DNA from: an uncultured Actinomycetes bacterium
GTDB lineage: Bacteria; Actinomycetota; Thermoleophilia; UBA2241
Direction: 5' to 3'
Assembly: GCA_963709345.1 (NCBI GenBank)
Contig: CAVPVX010000006.1
Span: 1 to 64,000 of the forward strand
DNA length: 64,000 bases
In this document: piece after piece, positions 59,174 through 64,000 of the stretch
How the letters are laid out: the number at the start of each line of letters is the position of its first letter
Position numbering within the stretch: the first letter of the stretch is position 1
The notes under the pieces: generated by a model
Told to the model about the DNA's origin: nothing
The model's database searches: none
Seen by the model: the letters and a program-made list of their open reading frames with translations, nothing else
Program-made: the position numbers and the translations under genes

Positions 59174-60975
59174 GGCTCATCCGGGACGAGCGGCAGCACG
59201 AGGTGGCTGGGCCGCTCGGCGTCGTGGTGGACGGTCTGGTGCGCGAGGGCGATCTCCGCGTCGCGGGCCTGCGGATGACCGGTGTTCAGGTTCCTGTCCC
59301 AGCGGTCGAAGGCGCTGCTCGAGATCTCGACGCCGACACGGTGGCCGGCGGCGAACTCGTAGCCCGTCGCCGCCATGCCGACGAGCACTTCGTACACGGC
59401 GCCGGGGGCCGCAGGCTTGCCGGCGTGCTCGCCGTCGCCCTCGCGGTACCGAAGCCGGCGGATGCCCTCCTGGACCAGCTGGGCGTAGCCGTCGGGCCAG
59501 ATGTCGACGAGCGCCACCGTGAAGTCGGTGTCCGGCGCCGAGGTGGAGACGTACAGCGTCACTGCGAGTGGGCCGACGATCTCGAGCGGCTCGGCGAGAG
59601 GGGGCGTCACGTAGCCGAGCACGTCAGGCCGGGCGACGATCTGACGCCTGTCCTCGAGGTTCCCGGCGGCCGACCAGACGGGTCTGCCCACCCAGTGGTC
59701 GACGGGCCGCACAGGGTTGTAGGTGAACTCGTCCGGAGACTCGGCGCCGGGCGCGACAGGCGAGAGCCGGCCCGGAGACGCCTCACCGCCCGCGTCACCG
59801 GCGCGGAGGTAGTACTTCGTGAACCGCGTGCCGGGCAGAGGCCACGCGTCCGCCTCGCGCCAGCGGCCGGCGCCCGTGACGTAGCAGCGCACCCGCGGAG
59901 TCGTCCCAAAGCCGTCGCTCTCGTGCCGGAGCCAGTGGTCGAAGAAGGCGACGATGCGATCGTTGGTGATGCCCTGGTCCACGAGCGCGTGTCGTCCCGC
60001 CGTCCCCGTCTTCTCGGTCGTGAGCTCATGATCGTTCGGGCCGACGCAGAGCCACTGGTTCTCGCGCACCGTGTCGTACATGTTGCGGCTCTGGACACCG
60101 TTCCACGTCTCGAGGGTAGCGGTGAGGAAGCAGTCGTACCAGCCGGTCCAGTGGTAGGCTGGGATGTCGAGCTTGTCCAGGACCTCGGAGAGGTCGTACG
60201 GCGCCCAGGTCTCGTCGCGGTCGGGGTGAGCGAGCGCCTGGTCGAACAGCGCGCTCGGATAGCCGGCGTGATCCGCGTACCGGCGGAGGGGGAGCGTCCA
60301 GGGGTCGAAGCGCAGGTAGTTGATGTAGCCGCGGTGGAGCTGGTCGCAGATCCAGGTCCCCGCGGTCGCCAGCGTGAGCGCGCCGCCCTCGTAGACGAGG
60401 CGGTACAGGTCGAGGCCCATGCAGCCCGGGGCGATGCAGCGAAGGGCGGGGTGGAAGCGGCCGGCCGCCGCCCACTGCGTGAGCGCGAAGTACGACTCGC
60501 CGACCATGCCGACCTGCCCGTCGCTCCACGCCTGGGTCGCCATCCAGTCGATGGTGTCGTAGCCGTCGTCCGCCTCGTTCAGTACGGGCTGCCACTCGCC
60601 CTCGCTGGCGAACTTGCCGCGGACGTCCTGCACGACGCAGACGTAGCCCTTGCGCGCCCAGTAGCGGCCGTGCGCCGGCATGTCCGCGTAGGGCTCGTCC
60701 TTGCCGTACGGAAGGCGGATGAGGATGGCCGGGAGCGGGTCCTCGACCGCCCGGCCATCCTCGTCCGCCGGCCGGTACACGTTGGTGCTCAGGCGTATCC
60801 CGTCGCGCATCGCCACCATGAGGCCGCGAGTCTCGGCGCAGCGCGGAAGGCGGTCGGGAGTCGCCGTCGGTTGCCGGCGGCGCGGCAGGCGGAGGCGCTT
60901 GTCCACCTCGTTCAGCGCCATGATGCCGGCCCACGCGGCGCGGGCCTTGAGGTGCCGCGGCAGGATGCGCTTCAT
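59158..60975 (-). CDS. CocE/NonD family hydrolase
   Basis: MRDG.RL, QDVRG..SEG, GESY nucleophile, GWYD and DTDF. Confidence 0.9.
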   Translation of the reverse strand: MKRILPRHLKARAAWAGIMALNEVDKRLRLPRRRQPTATPDRLPRCAETRGLMVAMRDGIRLSTNVYRPADEDGRAVEDPLPAILIRLPYGKDEPYADMPAHGRYWARKGYVCVVQDVRGKFASEGEWQPVLNEADDGYDTIDWMATQAWSDGQVGMVGESYFALTQWAAAGRFHPALRCIAPGCMGLDLYRLVYEGGALTLATAGTWICDQLHRGYINYLRFDPWTLPLRRYADHAGYPSALFDQALAHPDRDETWAPYDLSEVLDKLDIPAYHWTGWYDCFLTATLETWNGVQSRNMYDTVRENQWLCVGPNDHELTTEKTGTAGRHALVDQGITNDRIVAFFDHWLRHESDGFGTTPRVRCYVTGAGRWREADAWPLPGTRFTKYYLRAGDAGGEASPGRLSPVAPGAESPDEFTYNPVRPVDHWVGRPVWSAAGNLEDRRQIVARPDVLGYVTPPLAEPLEIVGPLAVTLYVSTSAPDTDFTVALVDIWPDGYAQLVQEGIRRLRYREGDGEHAGKPAAPGAVYEVLVGMAATGYEFAAGHRVGVEISSSAFDRWDRNLNTGHPQARDAEIALAHQTVHHDAERPSHLVLPLVPDEPQSAG

Positions 60976-61129
60976 GAAGCCCCCGGTCTCTGGACGACGG
61001 TCTCCGCCGCCAGTATCTCACCGGCGGCGACCGTCGTCGCCAAATCGGCGTCTCAGATCGACTTCTGGTGCACGCTGAAGGCGGCGGTAGCCAACCAGGT
61101 GGAGATCAGCGCTCCGTGGCGGCCGGCCC

Positions 61130-63887
<2,758 letters not shown>

Positions 63888-64000
63888 GTCAGAGGCGGGG
63901 GGAGGTCGGGCAAAGGGCAGAAGGTGGATCCCTTCACCGAATGATAGCCGGGTGGCGAACGCATGACAAACGCGGCGCGTCTCGAACGACAGGACAGAGG

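Overview
This window is high-GC, densely coding bacterial chromosome. Gene content suggests an anaerobic or microaerophilic Actinomycetota, possibly Thermoleophilia-like (inference). A minus-strand purine backbone (purA, purD, purE, purB ... purS, purQ, purL, purF) is interleaved with about 50 accessory genes. The strongest signal is two methylamine methyltransferase genes that the ORF track splits at a single in-frame TAG lying at the conserved pyrrolysine position: MttB (35643-37136, TAG 36648-36650) and MtbB (39080-40483, TAG 40130-40132). A third, non-Pyl MttB (16599-18032) has Cys at that position. No pylTSBCD or corrinoid-protein genes were seen in the window. The second signal is a family of exported proteins built from a pilin/pseudopilin-head-like module (helix ... 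YP ... WPxNPWTG ... G-x-Y-x-Y ... Y/F-x-L-x-x-H/Y-L). It occurs as 7 intact copies in 4 genes plus a decayed copy, none with a prepilin signal, and is sometimes fused to a second repeated 'G-x-W' extracellular domain. Also present are a sulfatase/anSME pair, a Grx-TrxR fusion, rubredoxin-SmsCB, a wbpABD-like cluster, an ECF sigma/anti-sigma pair with an orphan paralog, and a GH88-CBM32 protein. Numerous +1 frameshifts in conserved genes look like sequencing errors. No tRNA, rRNA, CRISPR array or IS element was recognised.
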